Positions 46,283 to 60,656 of a stretch of 64,000 nt of DNA are shown here, one piece after another. Position 1 is the stretch's first letter. Every line of letters begins with the position of its first letter. Source of the DNA: Trichoplax adhaerens. Its lineage: Eukaryota; Animalia; Placozoa. The notes under the pieces are model-generated. The model worked only from the letters and a program-made list of their open reading frames with translations. It was not told the origin of the DNA and searched no databases. The translations under genes were made by a program, and so were the position numbers. Location: contig NW_002060945.1 in assembly GCF_000150275.1 (NCBI RefSeq), forward strand, positions 9,564,011 to 9,628,010, given 5' to 3'.

Positions 46283-46964
46283 TGCAGTAGTTTGGGAATG
46301 CTAGTGCTATACACAATGCATTGTACACTGCATCTTGTCTAGTGATGCATTATTACGCTAGTTCTATAATTATAGTTATCCTTTATTAATTTGAAATGTC
46401 ATGATCCATAGTAACCTTAGGATGTACTTTTCAGTAGGCGGTGAATAAATATTGATGCTTATTCTTTGTCAATCTGAAGGTATCAATTATTATGACCAGA
46501 TAAAAAATTCAAATAAAAACTACGATTTAACGTATATGTAATCTTGGCATAATCACGCTTCGTATTAACTATCACTTGATAAGGACGCATTCGCTCCAAA
46601 AGATTTATAAGTTAAGATAAAAACAACAGAGCCGATAGGATCCATTGCTAGGATATTTCGTGTATACAACATAAAATACAGTGCAATACATCCAATATGT
46701 TAAAATTACCTGAGAAATTAGTACTTAGCATAGTACTGTGCTAACTCAATTAAGCTACTTAGTATGCAAGAATACTCCTTGAAAGGTAATACTAAACATT
46801 TTTTAAGTATATAAATATCCAGACTGGTCGATAAGCGACAGTATTACGTCAAAAGAGCTATCATATTCCACAAAATACTATATCATTTTCGTGATTGTCA
46901 ATAATCTTAAATCATGTCTGCTCATCTTACTTGTATTGTAGTCAACAGTAATTAATCATAGGTT

Positions 46965-49525
46965 TTACTTTCTTGCCGATTTTGTTGACCTGTACTTTCT
47001 CTTTCCTTGTCGGGTTATCTCACTCCTATCAGCATTATCTTCCTCATGATCCTTGCCTTCCTTCATTGATCTCCTTGAATTCCTATTTGGCTATCATTAA
47101 ATTATGCAGAATGCATTAACTTTGGTTGATACACGAAGTGATCAAGCAAAATCGTCTATAATGTAAGCTAAGCAGTCGGCCAGGTACAGACACCCGATTA
47201 TTCTGATAGTTTAGTTGATTACCTACTATACACGTATTACAGGCTTAAACGGATTTACTTACGTAGAAATATCCAAACTACTTTACAGCAGCATGGAATA
47301 GGACGTAACAATTTGCATGTTATAGACTATAAAGTTAGATTAAGTGCATAGCATATTAGCACGCCTGTTATCTTACTTTCTCACCTTTTTAATGGTAGAA
47401 TAAGCGGCTGATACAATTTCGGTTCGACGATTGAAGTGATTTGTAGATTCCTGAATTTAGCAATTTTTACAAATAATAATCGATTTTATCAAGTGGATTT
47501 CAAAGGACATACATATTACTATTTGGATATGGTATCATCTTACTATAATTAATATGCTGTACAATTCGTACCTCGTTTATATATGTATTATCCACAGCAT
47601 GCGTACTTCCAAGAAGTGACTAACAGTAAATGTAGTTAAGTAATTTAATTTTTAATTTCAATGGAATAGTCATATCATGATAACATTCACCATTAAAGAT
47701 CACTATACCTTTTCGCTACGAATTTTTTTCTGTTTCTCATAATTACGAACAGAGCTTATTTATCAGTTAAAGATATGAGCAATATATTAAAAGAAATCTA
47801 AGATTAGATAATTTCATAAATGCAATTTAGTTATCGAAAAATTACATTACTGAACAACGCAAAGTGTACTAATAAGTTGTAGTCTTGGTAGTAGCTAGAT
47901 AACTCTAAGTTATCGATATTTACTCTATGAGTTCCTGGATTAATTCTCCTGAAATTCTACCAAGAGATTCTCGCCAATCCTCTACGTTGACAACTTGTTG
48001 AAGTTGTCCTGTTGCATTTGCAGCAATCTGCTTTTTAAGGTCGTCATACTGTTCATGAATTTCACTAAGATTCTAACAATATATCAAAAAAAGCGTAAGG
48101 TTTAACGTTCGAACATTAATCTACAGTATAATACTATCTAAAATAAGCATATCTAGTAGGATTGTACAGTAATACGCGTATTCATAAGTTATACTGTAAG
48201 CTGAAGTAAATAGCTATAAGGATTAACCTGCAACGATTCAATGTCTATAGCGTTTGAGACGGCATTCCTGGTTAATATGACTTCTGATTCATTCTCCGCA
48301 CTCGGAGAAATAATCTGATTCGAATTAAGGCATAACTGAAAAATGATAACATAATATCATCGAAAGCCATTCATCGAGAAAAATACTGTATAACTATGGC
48401 GTAATTTCAAATGAAAAAAATTTTAAGCTAATTAGGAAAATAAACCAACTCTAGTAGGCATTGCAACAAATAGAAATGCTTTTCCATTTTGTAAAATTCT
48501 TAAAATAAAGTCTGCGTCGTGGTGCTGCAATTAAATTGAAATGCTTCTATTTTAGTTCAATTTCCTCCTATCTTGATAGTAAAATGATGTGTGAAGCAGA
48601 ACATCTAGAGTAATATCAAACGTACATTATGTTTCCGAATTGTTTCCTGAAATACATTCAACTCGCGATACATTGCTTCAGTTAGGCGAATCTATGGACA
48701 TAACATGTTATCATAATTGAAGTAGGATAGCACCATATATTAAGCAGTACACTTTTATAGTTATTTTATCGACTTACCTTGACTTTGGGGACACAAAGTT
48801 GCGTTGCGTATAATGAATATAGGAGATACAAGCCACCAATTCTCATTTGAAATTCATATGAGGAACTTAGATATTCACAAGCGATTGAAAGTAGTTCGCA
48901 CGTAAACTAATTGAGAATTACATGAGGCATTTAAGAAAGCTTTTTATGGTCTTTGCTGCAGAATGATAGTATTACTGTATTTTAACAGTCATTTCCGAGC
49001 GTCTGACTATAGCTACCTCAAACTACTGTACAGTATAAGTGTAGTACGAAAGGTATCATAAACGAAGACTAGAGTGGCCCTATGCTCTAGCAATGCGTCA
49101 TTTTAGGTTTTCAATTTAAAGATCAAATAATGATGATCTTCCTTTCTAAGATTTTAGATCGAATAATATAATTCAATACTGTACTGTATAATAATTTTTG
49201 AACCTAAAACAATCCTGTCTTACCTTATTTCGAAAGTAGCCATCGCGGTGGATGCTTGAGGAAGGAACCAGGAAAGTTTACCATTTTGAAAAGAAATCAT
49301 AAGAGTTATAATTGGGTATTCATTACAAGATTAATTCAGGTTATTCAAAATGACCCAAGCCCAATCCAGACATTACCTAGAACTAGTGCAATAATAGCGA
49401 TAACTATAGTAGTAACGATCTGTGGTGAACGTAACTAAGTGTAGAATTAACATTTTTATCTTTTATTTTTATTGCGTAAGGCCTGAAGATGACCTTGCAA
49501 AGTGCAAATCGCATTTCGTATTCAT
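46965..49525 (-). CDS. SNAPC1: snRNA-activating protein complex subunit 1 (SNAP43); 5' end uncertain
   Basis: Exon 48906-48778 FTCELLSIACEYLSSSYEFQMRIGGLYLLYSLYATQLCVPKVK, then IRLT.., QHHDADFIFKNLQNGKAFLFVAMP, NLSEIHEQYDDLKKQI, RRTEIVSAAY. This matches SNAPC1 (FQIRVGALYLLYGLYNTQLCQPKQKIR..QHFDAAYIF..AFHFTAMP). Upstream exons 49254-49224 and tentatively 49525-49494. Confidence 0.85.
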
Positions 49526-49776
49526 GGATTAACGATAAGACGAATACTAACTAAGTGTATGTACACGTGCATCAGCCAACTATAGCCAGGTTGCTGACGA
49601 AGTTCCATGGAATATCAAGTACTCATAGAACTTTTATTTTATCCACTATACACTCTATTACCATATTATTGATGAAGTGAACAAATAGCAACATTACTGT
49701 AGGTTACAACAGTCCAGCTCTGTACTCGTATTCAGAAATAAAGACAATTTTGTAAAATAAGAAGAATTACTGTACT

Positions 49777-51200
49777 CTACTCTTGTCTTGGGATCACTGC
49801 ACAAATATCCATATCTGCAATCCTAGAGGGTTTATTATGGTATCTTTGCAAAATTTGATCTCCATTTATAGGAATTGTATCGAAATTACAAGGCTATGTC
49901 AAGTCAAGACAGTCCAAGTAGGTGATAGTACCGTAAAAATAGTCGATTACTTAGTCAAGGACGGTTGATTCAGTAGGCATCACTGGCTGCATGATGTAGT
50001 CGAATATTTATGTTACTGATGCATCTACGATCATTGAATGTAATGCTACTAGCTTACCAGTGGATAAAGCTAAAATTACTTTGTCTCCATACGTGTGAGA
50101 AGTCTTTAAAGCGAACGCTACCAGTTTGAATAAACTTGCTCAACAAGGAGTTAAAGTCGTGAGAAACGGCTGCCATGTCCTGCACAAGAATGAATTTAAC
50201 TCATCAATCGGTTCTGCAACCTGCAACAATTTTGTAATCTTATCCCATTCAATAAGTCAATTAGTAGCCATAACAACCTTTCACAGTATGATGGATAGGT
50301 AAGACTTTAAACTGCAAATGAATTGACTTCCCTAATAGCCTTTCTACCTGCCTTTTTGACAACCTGACTGCGGTTTATTGCTGGCTTTAAATCGCCATTT
50401 CCGTGCCAATACGCTATGACTAGATGATGATCAACGACTCGTAGGTGTTTACGTTGTGTGTCTCTATAATGGTAAAGGATACCAGCCAGTCCATCCATGT
50501 CCTCTGTCTGTATATACTGTCGTCTATTTTCAATACAATGTACTGAGCCTGCGTTGAGACTACCAGATCGTCACGATCGAACTCCAGCGTCACTTCACGG
50601 TACAGTACAGTACTGTACTGTACAGCATGGACGGTTTGCCAATCCATCCATGTCCTCTGTCTGTATGTACTTACATTAATGTACTATCGTCCATTTTCAA
50701 TACAATATACTGAGCCTGCGTTGAGACTACCAGATCGTCACGATCGAACTCCAGCGTCACTTCACGCTGTACCGTACTGTACTGCATTGTCGATTTGCCA
50801 ATCCATCCATGTCCTCTGTCTGTATATACTGTCGTCCTGGACGACAGCATATGCGGACAGAGGACATGGATGGACGACTCGTACATTTTCAATACAATGC
50901 ACTGAGCCTGCGTTGCGACTACCGGATCGTCACGATCCAACTCTAGCGTCACTTAACGGTACTGTACTGTACTGCATTGACGGTTGATCCCTACTTCCGC
51001 ACTGACTTGATCTGTACTGAGCATGTCTCATCTTCATCATCTGTTTTTAACCAATCAGACATTGACAACTGTTTTTCAACTCGACAGGCTACAGTACAAG
51101 ATACTGTAGCACACTATTTACTATGTACTCTACTCAACGACAGTAACTTGATTACAGAAACAACAAAGTTGATATCCATTTGTACAAACGTTTGCAATGA
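49777..51200 (-). pseudogene. Decayed coding sequence of unknown family (possible mobile-element remnant)
   Basis: Minus frame 50253-49777 reads ~159 codons with only 4 internal stops (IEWDKITKLLQVAEPIDELNSFLCRTW...). Further frameshifted, stop-poor segments extend to ~51200. GC is higher than in the flanks. Confidence 0.4.
50491..50985. repeat. Triplicated ~155-bp unit containing a 73-bp fold-back palindrome (50802-50874)
   Basis: ccatccatgtcctctgtctgta starts at 50491, 50644, 50803. Core ttttcaatacaatRYactgagcctgcgttgMgactaccRgatcgtcacgatc..agcgtcactt occurs three times. Confidence 0.92.
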
Positions 51201-53358
51201 TCCCTTCTAGCAGAATGGAGTATAGTAAATACGATTTGGGGAAGTTTTGGCGTAAAAATGTACAAAATAGAGTGTAGATTGTTGAATTGTATTTCAATCC
51301 AGGCCTATACAGTAGAATAGGGTAACTGCACAACTTTTAAATTTGGAGTGTAGTTCATTCTTGATATTTATTGATCATGCAAAATTTTGAAAAATACCCA
51401 ATTTCAGTGATTGAAATTCACACCATTTGCAAACGAAGGGGAAGAGAGATACAGTACAAGTAGAAGAGATCTGGATAGAGAAGATTCTGTGCAAACGTTC
51501 AATATCACATCACATACTACGCTGGAGTGCTGTAATCAGTTTAATAGGATTTGGAATTTTTATAAAAAAATAATAATCAGTGCATCACTAATTTATAATA
51601 TCCTATGGTTGTGTCTCGTTTTACATACTCGAAAAGCTAGACGCATTGGACTTATATAGCAATATTCGAATAAGAATAATTTTTCCGGGCTACGACAGTG
51701 CTTTAGAGTGATAATATCAAAGTATATTATTAGCGGTTCCATAGTGTACACAGACACTTAAAATTAGTCTTATTCGGAGTAGTCCCGACATCGAAGTTGA
51801 AGAAGTTGTTCACAGTCATTACTAAAGTACAAATCAGTAGCGTTAAAATTCCAAAATACAGGTTATGAAAGCTTTTTCTAAAATGGACACCATCTACAGT
51901 TGGAGATTGCTGAAAAAATTCCAACGAACGACTCAATGACGAATTACATGCTCAGTTTTGGAGTAATAACTTCAGTCTTGATTAATTGTAATACTTATTA
52001 ATTATTATCGTATTGAAACAACAATTACTAATGTAATAACGAAGAAATCTCGGCCTTCACTTTAATCTGTGTCAATATACGAGTGCATCGCGGGTTCTGT
52101 GACGGAACTGCTACCAGATTCTAAATACCCACATTAGGATTACGTAAAATAGAATCACTTCAATTTGACATTGTTGGCTATTTGCTAGATATCATACTGT
52201 AGAGTGTAGACTAAAAGGTATGTTCCAGTTCTGGAAGGTTTATAATAGAGTGTAATAACAAGTAAATTTTAAATAATGGCACACCTTAGTGTACTATCAT
52301 CCCAAGGATCACTGGTGAAGAATTGATGCGTACCGAATTTAAAAATTTATAAATTATCAATATAACCCTAATATTTCAGGAAAGGGGGGGGATGGGACGC
52401 GTATTACAGGAATTACAGCCATATCATTACCTTGCGCTACACCATTTCTAGCTTATTAATTATGAAGTGTTAATGGAGACTTAGGTAAACGATACTGTAT
52501 ATGAAGTGTTATCAACAATGATGTTCAATGAGTCAATTGATATACACCATATCATAGCCCTGTAAGTGTAGTGCAAAACGCTTTTTGACAAGTAGACTGA
52601 GAAGTAATATCTTAGTCATCTATCACGATTGTTGCTTGAACTCTTTTGTATTTAAGTTAGTGAGATTCATGATGAGACGCTTTGATACATGCTAGCACGT
52701 ATCTACAGTTTATACTGTATAGTATATGGTGCACTGATTGAAAATCCTTTTAAAATAAGCCTCTATCACAAGAATTTCCTATGAGCTGTTTGTTAATGCT
52801 ACAGTTCTTCAAGGTCAGCCGAATCCCTATCTTAGGAGAGGAAATACTGGATAACACCCTAGAGCAACCCTAAGACTTCAAATTACAGAAAGTACGAGCA
52901 CAGATTGTTTAAAACAAATTGAAGTTAAACTAGTAAACCCAAGTAATCCATTGGACAAGTGAAACACCTGATCTTGGACAAGACTCGCAGATTCTAACAT
53001 TTCGCCTTAATTCTACTAAGATAGTACAGTATATCACAATAGAGGAGTGTACACTCTTGTAAAACCACTACACGGTGAACTAGCCATACATAAAATCTGA
53101 GGCTGCTAAAAGCGATTAAACTATCAAAATACCTACTGTATAGTAGATAATCAATGGTACACAACACGAACTAGCAAATGATGGCAATCAATTTAAAATT
53201 CACCGGAAATAAACAGCAATCAGAACTATCTATCAGGTGAAAATAGGATATAGAGTAAAATTTATTCAGTTCATTTGAAATTTCAAATAATGTAGCACAT
53301 AACGTCACATATTGTATTAGTCGAGACAAGAAACATAATCAGGTTAACAATATCAATT

Positions 53359-54789
53359 TTAGAATAACATGGTACTCATGCCACCTTGTTCACTTTGTTC
53401 TTTAACAAATGTTTCAAAATACTGATATATGATTGAGACAGCAAGCAATATTCCAGTACCAGATCCAATGGCTCCCATAAAATCAGCCAAAACTGATAAA
53501 GCACCAATACATAAGCCACCAAATGCAGCAGCAGTAGGAATGTATCTGTTTAATTCGTGGATCATTGATTTTTCACGGTGTCCTCTCATGACCATTTGCT
53601 GTTCCTTTAGTTGTTTAGCAACATCTTTGGCGGAAGAACCAGAAATATCTATCCATAATTTAGAAAAGACAGCGCAAGAAGTTAGCATAAAAACGATGTA
53701 ACATACTGCATGCATAGGATCGCTGATTATATGAGCTGTCGTATCTGGCGGCGATAAGTAATAGCACAAACCACCAACTGGATAGGCGCGAGCTGGGCCG
53801 CCTCCTTCGTAATTTTCCCATCGGCCAAGTAAATTGATGAAAATGTTATCACGGAATCTCAAGGATAACATTTGAGAAATGACGTAAAAGTTGGAAACCA
53901 AGGCACTCTGTAAAATGATAGGCATATTGGACGTATAGAACAATTTGATTGGGTAAGATGTAGTCTGGCCACGATAGCGAGCTGATTTAATTGGTAGATC
54001 AACACGAAAGCCTTGGAAGTAAATAACAATACAGAATACAAAAATGGTGGCAAACAAGTTCATCATGTTGGGCAAGTTATTGCGATATAAGGCTTCACGT
54101 AAGGCACGCACTTTATCACTTCGGGTGGCTAATAAGTGAAATAGAGCGATAACAGCACCCTCAAATTCAGTACCCCGTCCAGTATTGATTGTAGCGGGGC
54201 TAAATGATTTCCACACGATAGTTTCGCAAATATTGGTAGCAATAAAAAGCGATATACCGGAGCCCAAACCGTAGCCTTTTTGTAATAGTTCGTCTAACAA
54301 CATGACGATGACACCAGCAATGACCAATTGTATGACGATGAGTGCGCAAATACCCGTACCAAGATCACTTGGATTGCCATACATACCAGTCAGCATGTAA
54401 GCGATGGCTTGGCCGGCAGTCATAATGATACCGAATAACTTTTGAGCACCGTTAAAAAGAGCCCTTTCCTTGGGAGAATCGCCAACTTCGATAATTTTGG
54501 CTCCTGCTAACACCTGCATGATCAAACTTGAAGTTACAATAGGATTAATGCCTAATTCCATCAAAGTACCACGGTTGGAAGCCATAATGACTCTCAACCA
54601 ATAAAATGGATCCGCTGAATCGCTTGATAAGATACCAAAAAGTGGAATCTGACAACATACCAAAAAGACGAAAAGGGTAATCGCAGTCCATAGTAATTTT
54701 TCTCGAAATTGAACTTTCCTTTCAGGCTTCGCGATTTCAGGAACGAAAGCTACAAAAGGAGCAATATAATCTAAAATTTTGATACCCAT
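53359..54789 (-). CDS. SEC61A: Protein transport protein Sec61 subunit alpha, intronless, 476 aa
   Basis: Full-length [106 protein letters not shown]. Confidence 0.99.
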   Translation of the reverse strand: MGIKILDYIAPFVAFVPEIAKPERKVQFREKLLWTAITLFVFLVCCQIPLFGILSSDSADPFYWLRVIMASNRGTLMELGINPIVTSSLIMQVLAGAKIIEVGDSPKERALFNGAQKLFGIIMTAGQAIAYMLTGMYGNPSDLGTGICALIVIQLVIAGVIVMLLDELLQKGYGLGSGISLFIATNICETIVWKSFSPATINTGRGTEFEGAVIALFHLLATRSDKVRALREALYRNNLPNMMNLFATIFVFCIVIYFQGFRVDLPIKSARYRGQTTSYPIKLFYTSNMPIILQSALVSNFYVISQMLSLRFRDNIFINLLGRWENYEGGGPARAYPVGGLCYYLSPPDTTAHIISDPMHAVCYIVFMLTSCAVFSKLWIDISGSSAKDVAKQLKEQQMVMRGHREKSMIHELNRYIPTAAAFGGLCIGALSVLADFMGAIGSGTGILLAVSIIYQYFETFVKEQSEQGGMSTMLF

Positions 54790-54949
54790 TTTCTTCTAGG
54801 CGTTTATTACCTATCCAACACAACGTCGGATAAACTGACGATAGAATAAGATCCAATTGAGATGAGGAAAAAGATAATTTGTTGATTTTTTTTCCCTTCT
54901 TCCTCACGCGTCCTTTGGTGAATGAAGGAAGAGTTGAAAGAAAGAGCGT

Positions 54950-55605
54950 CCAGTACAACGCCAATGAGCCAACACGCACGCCAGTGCTTGTCCTGTTACG
55001 GTCCAGTACGGTACGTACAGTCACCCTAACAAGTGCCGTGCTGCAACTCCACCGTTTACAGTGTACAGTACGTTACTACAGTCCGTTGCCAAAGTGAAAT
55101 CATCTGTAAACTTCTTTTAGTACTGTAGCTACGTGTCTCGATACGTACATGGATGACGTGCGGTGTGACTAAAATATGCAGCATGCCTTTTGCAAGGTGC
55201 AGTATAGTACTGTATACCGTACCGTACCGGACATGTGTTTGGTAACCCGTTGCCCAATGCCCATGGTCTGGCGGTCGGTCACGTGGTGTCATTTTGGTTG
55301 AAAACGTTTGAATAAAAGCAGGACAGTACGGTAGACTGTACATACAGTACACCTACTAAGTGGATGATTTCTGAATATGAATCAATAATGAAAATCATCA
55401 AAATCGTCCAAGCTGAATGATAAAATGCTATGGTTTGACCTACTGATTCGTAAAATGAGGTTTTTTTTAAGAACTGTCTGGACAATTTGAAGGACTTTGC
55501 TGTACTGTGAGTGTAGAGCAGTCCCTCAGTCTGTCCGTGTTCCTACAGTGCAGTACAGTACAGTATTCAGCATGAGTACAGTACAGTACAGTACAGTACA
55601 GTGGA
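54950..55605. promoter_or_regulatory. Putative divergent promoter of SEC61A and PAR-3 with a (CAGTA)n cluster
   Basis: GC-richer island upstream of SEC61A with repeated tacagtac/gtactg, ending in a (GTACA)5 microsatellite at ~55577-55602. Confidence 0.5.
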
Positions 55606-58600
55606 ATACTGGAAGAGCGAACTCAGCTACAATTATTTTAGTTTACACCGCCAGGTTGATGTTTTAAGGGCGTTTATTATTTCAAAATTGTGACTTTATC
55701 CTGAAAATTGAATCTTTCTCGGTCAATAATAACAACTCAACTTTATGCTTGTAATTGTAGATTATTGTCATGGAACCAACTGTATAGATTATCACCATAT
55801 TCATCCATAGGTTTACAATGAAACGCAAGTCTTCTTCGTCACACCACGCTACCCTACCTATACGGCTATACCCAGTATCGATCTAGGTGCAATTGAGATG
55901 CAGTGAGACATAAATATTTTTCAAAAGTAATATGCAGCTCAACCAAGTCAGAAAAAAAAAGCCGATTCTGATTTTGACTCTACATGATCATTCCATTAGA
56001 CTTATAATAAACCACCAACAGTAATATTTCATTGATGATCATGATTTGAGGCGTTATCATTGCTAAATCAACATGGTACAATTTGCTTTACGCGAAGAAG
56101 CATACTTTCTTCCATTGCCAGTAGAATCAATCAATTAATGGAACAGAACCACTCAGTAGCAACGCAGATCCATACAATTGGCGTTAATTGGTTGACATCA
56201 ATCATGGAAATCACATCCGCAATAAAACATCAATGATACTTGGATACTTGAGCATACTTGTAGAAATTCTATAGTAATACAAGCATTACAGGTATCAAAG
56301 ATAAATCAGCCGACTATTTTAACTATCCTTGATAATAGTATTAGAGTAAATAAATAAGTTTTGATGAATTATAATATTTCAATAACAACGATTCATAAAC
56401 AACTATTGATACAGTATATTCTGCATTGTATGCATAGAGAGATACAGAGTATATCATTGAAGGATTATTCATTCCACTCATTTGATATTATCATTTACAT
56501 ATCAAGTTAGTTAAATACTGTATTATCATCAACTTAATCATATTGAGAGATACTAATTTTATCGCTTGAGTTAGCTGCCGTGCAAGGATTGCTTGACAAC
56601 TGTGTACGTTACTATAAATTGGCAACAGAGAGTCAAATTCTACAACTGAATGCCCACTAACAGCGGATAATTCCGTTCTTTCAGCCGTAATACACTAATG
56701 TTGCAATAAATACTTTTCATTTGCATGAATGAACACCTATCAAAACTGCATAAGTACGAATTGGAGCTCTATCTGCCATTTCAATTCATTCAACCATACA
56801 ATATACAGAAGCATGCATTCCTTCTAATCAAGTCGACGGTAGTACCATGCATTCAGTGTTAGGCCATAATTTACAGGATATGTGAATTCTCTCTACGGCA
56901 AGTATTACTGTAATTTTAATCACTAGACTTGATGGATTGCTAGGGAATAGAACTAGATCGAGCAGATAACCGGGATATTCTTGCCTTAAATGGCATAATA
57001 GATAACTACTGTACTAATAAATTGGTTACCGTCGAGATCATGTTTGTACACATAATTGCTTAATACGAAAATTGATGCAATGGAATTATTTTGTAATTAA
57101 ACAAGTCTATTGCAAGTGAGTTCTAATTTTCTCTTCAGTTTACTAATTGGTTTGGTTATTTTAGAATAATTGGATAAACTTAAACTATATTATGAAAGTT
57201 TGATTAATTCATTAATATCAAAAACAAGCTTGTTCAGGAAGCGAGAATCATGTTATTGAAAAACCTGTTCAATCTCTTCATCAGTGTAAGCCAAGTCAAG
57301 TGAGATAAAACCATAATTCATTTACGATCAAATTTATGAAGGGATATCAGTGAGCATACCGCTACTTACTATAGTTGTAACCTTTCTTCATTTTTAGCTA
57401 ACCAAAGCATATGAAGCTTCCATATTTATACTGTGCCCGTATCTCTTGAATAAAGTAACATACCTAAATACTGTTCTTTTAACAGAATTTATCATTTTAA
57501 TTACTTTATTGAAAAGATAAACTTTGAATCGTCCTTTAATGCTCGATATTTTAACATTCATTATCAAATAAGTTCAATCTTCTACAAAATCTAGTTTACT
57601 GGCTTACAATACGTTCAACTGTATCTTGTTAACTATACTAGGATTAATCAAAACGCCACCATGCCGGAATCCCACAGGTTTATGGCTGAAATAAACATGA
57701 TAATTACAGTAACAGACGATGGCTGCAGATTAAATTGCTGTTGATTCAAATGCAACAATTATTATGAATGCGTTACGGCAGAAATTTGAATAGCACAACA
57801 TATAAATAGCACCCCACAGAGAAATTAGGATTAATCTTATGGCATTTGATCGACAGTTCCATCTTATAACCAATCATTCCTCTACCGCAGAGCGATCAAT
57901 TAATTACAATCATTAATTCTGACGGTGACTACATTGGCATTTGTCTATAATACTAGACTACACAATAATAATAATAACAATATGAAAATAAAATAAAATA
58001 ATTGCATCATCTATGAATGTACGTTAATAACGAATACAGGTTGCAGAGCTCTCTTTGGAATCAATATGTGATGATGGCATGGATTGTTAGAAGCATGTGT
58101 CTTATCCAGTTAAATAATAAGTAGTATGAGATATGCCCAAAACCTGATCTGATTCAGGAGCTAAAGGACCAATTTAAGCTTACTTAAAAAATCATTTCTG
58201 AACTCAGATGGAACATATGGTTTTACAAGATGTTGACCATAGCCTAACACCTTCACTAGTAATACAGTACGGTATACCAACAGACATGCCACAATTATTC
58301 TCTTCTGTTGAAAAATGTCTTTCAATACCAAAATTCACATCCATAATTGAATTAGTTGTAATTTAAGTAGTTCACGAAAAAATACAAAACTTGCGATAAA
58401 TTTTAATGCCTAGCGCCTGCAAAAAGTGATATTTATATATCTCTTTATCTTGCAAATAGATTATAAAGAAGAAAATATCGAGCAATTTTAAAGTATAATT
58501 GATGTATCGTCGTGAAAGACTTGCATCGCCAAGTTTTTCTTTTACTTATTATATATAATAACAATGTTGCATTGCATTCAAATGCTGACAACAAGGAAAA

Positions 58601-60656
58601 TTAATCCTGTTAATGATTTCTGCCTAATTCTATTACAACTAAAATCACAGTCTTAATCAGTTATCAGAAAGTAACCTTTTCTCCACGCGCATAGCCTGTT
58701 TTTCAACTTCATTAATTTATACTATAACGGATATGCAATCAACAGATCATTTGATAGGATGGCTTTAAATGGGATAAGAATTTATTTATCTAACAGGCCT
58801 GATCAATACTATTTATACTCCACTTGCAGCTGTATCAAGCACATATTCTATTGAAAACGAAGTCACTATTTATAGTTAGTCTACAAGGAGAATAGAATAG
58901 TAACATGATTTTAAGCAAATCAAATTCAAACTAATGCATGCATGTCGATTTTATTATTATGGATAAAAGAAGCTTAGAACCATAAATCTATTCATGAACG
59001 TATTTCTATCGGCGTGGTTAATTGATGATTGGTTCTATGCTATTATGACGCTATCCCATAGTATTGTTAGGCTAGATGAATAATAAAATCAATAATCTTC
59101 CTTCTTCTACAGTACAGTATACTGAGTAGGCTAAAACTATCGTACAGATGACCATAACTGGCTACTAGTCTACCACCGACAGTTACATCATTTTCTTTTT
59201 TTTACTCATCATCGCTAAGCATTGATTCCGACACATTTTTATCTCTTTTATTATTTTCCCCTCCTCCCATTTTGTCTTTTCTCTCTATACTGTCTTGAAT
59301 GCAGTTTAGTCAACTGTAAACTATTATACAAAATCGCTTATGTTTGTATGTATCCTTCTAAACATCGATAGTCCTTATTATAGTTAAGCAAATGCAAGAG
59401 TGAATATGATCACGGAGTGTGACTAGGAACGCGGAATGTTAGTCTATTATTGAAAAATAGGGCAGTACCATCACTTAATAGTAAGATTCTAAAAAAGTTA
59501 GTCGACCCCATCGCTTTAATAAATTGGTTCTACCACCCTCCAGTCAAGTCAGATTGTACTACTGGAGAAGGCAAGTAAAATAGCTTGACATTAGATCTAT
59601 TCGTTTACTACTCTTTCCTTTTTCTTTTTTTTTTACTTAAATTATCGGTTCATATGCTAATAGTATCTTGTACTTTTAACGTTAATAACGGTAGTATAGA
59701 TAGTAGAGATGCTTTTTAGAAAGTTCTTTCTCTGACGATTGAATAGCAACTACTTCTATTTAAACAAGTAAATTGGCTTCAATACAATTTTTGCCAACTT
59801 GATCATCTAGAGATAGTCGACATAATTTACCATAGTCTACAGTAATCTGTTGTCGATGATAACCCATTCGTATATCTATTATTCCATTTTATTTAATTGG
59901 TGTAGAAATCCGAGCTATCTTTGATATGTCTTATAATCTCAAATAGCAATTTATTTCCTATCCATGTCATCTTATTACAACTCGTATAGATTACGTGAAC
60001 AAAGCCAATTTTAACAAATTCTCATTCTGTTTATATCGATTTCTCTCTCTATAGATATTACATTCTATCAAACTTACTTCACTTCATTTCTTTACTTATT
60101 GGCTGGCCACCTATCAACCAAGGATCATACTGGCTATCATTTTGCACTAACGCATTTCCTTCTTTACATTATACTACCAAGTTAGAATTAAGCACGTTTA
60201 TTTTTATCTAAAATCAGCCGTAAAGAAGAATATCATACTGAGAAGAAAGCAACAACATTCACCAAACAATTGACAAGTATTACTCCTTAACATTATCACT
60301 CTATGGATTAACTGTCACTTCATCAAATCAAGCCGAAAGTATAGTAGACTACGGCAATAGACATAAAATTGTAAAGGCTAGCGATGGCATTAGCTATCGT
60401 TAGTTAGGTTAAATAATGTTTGTAAGAGAAAAAACTCATTTAATAATTATTTCCACTATAAGTTGACAAAAAGGAGAAAAATCAAGAGGTAGAGCAATCA
60501 AAAAGTAAACTTGTCTCATGAGTAATATCTTCAACAGAGCATCCATTACTCGTATGAGAACTTAGTCTACGTTTGGACTGGCAGTCTTCAAATCAAGTTT
60601 TAACGTAATTACTCGTCGAGAAATAGTGTTTGCTGAACAAGAAAATTAAATTCACC

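Noticed and set aside
49224-49243. ATG GCT ACT TTC GAA ATA AG as SNAPC1 first exon
   Set aside because: The phase-2 junction puts the next exon out of the conserved frame and into a stop.
55700-60600. Hidden gene or decayed ORFs upstream of PAR-3
   Set aside because: Only short stop-interrupted frames (e.g. ~58340-58030 minus) with no recognisable motif; treated as intergenic DNA or PAR-3 5' intron.
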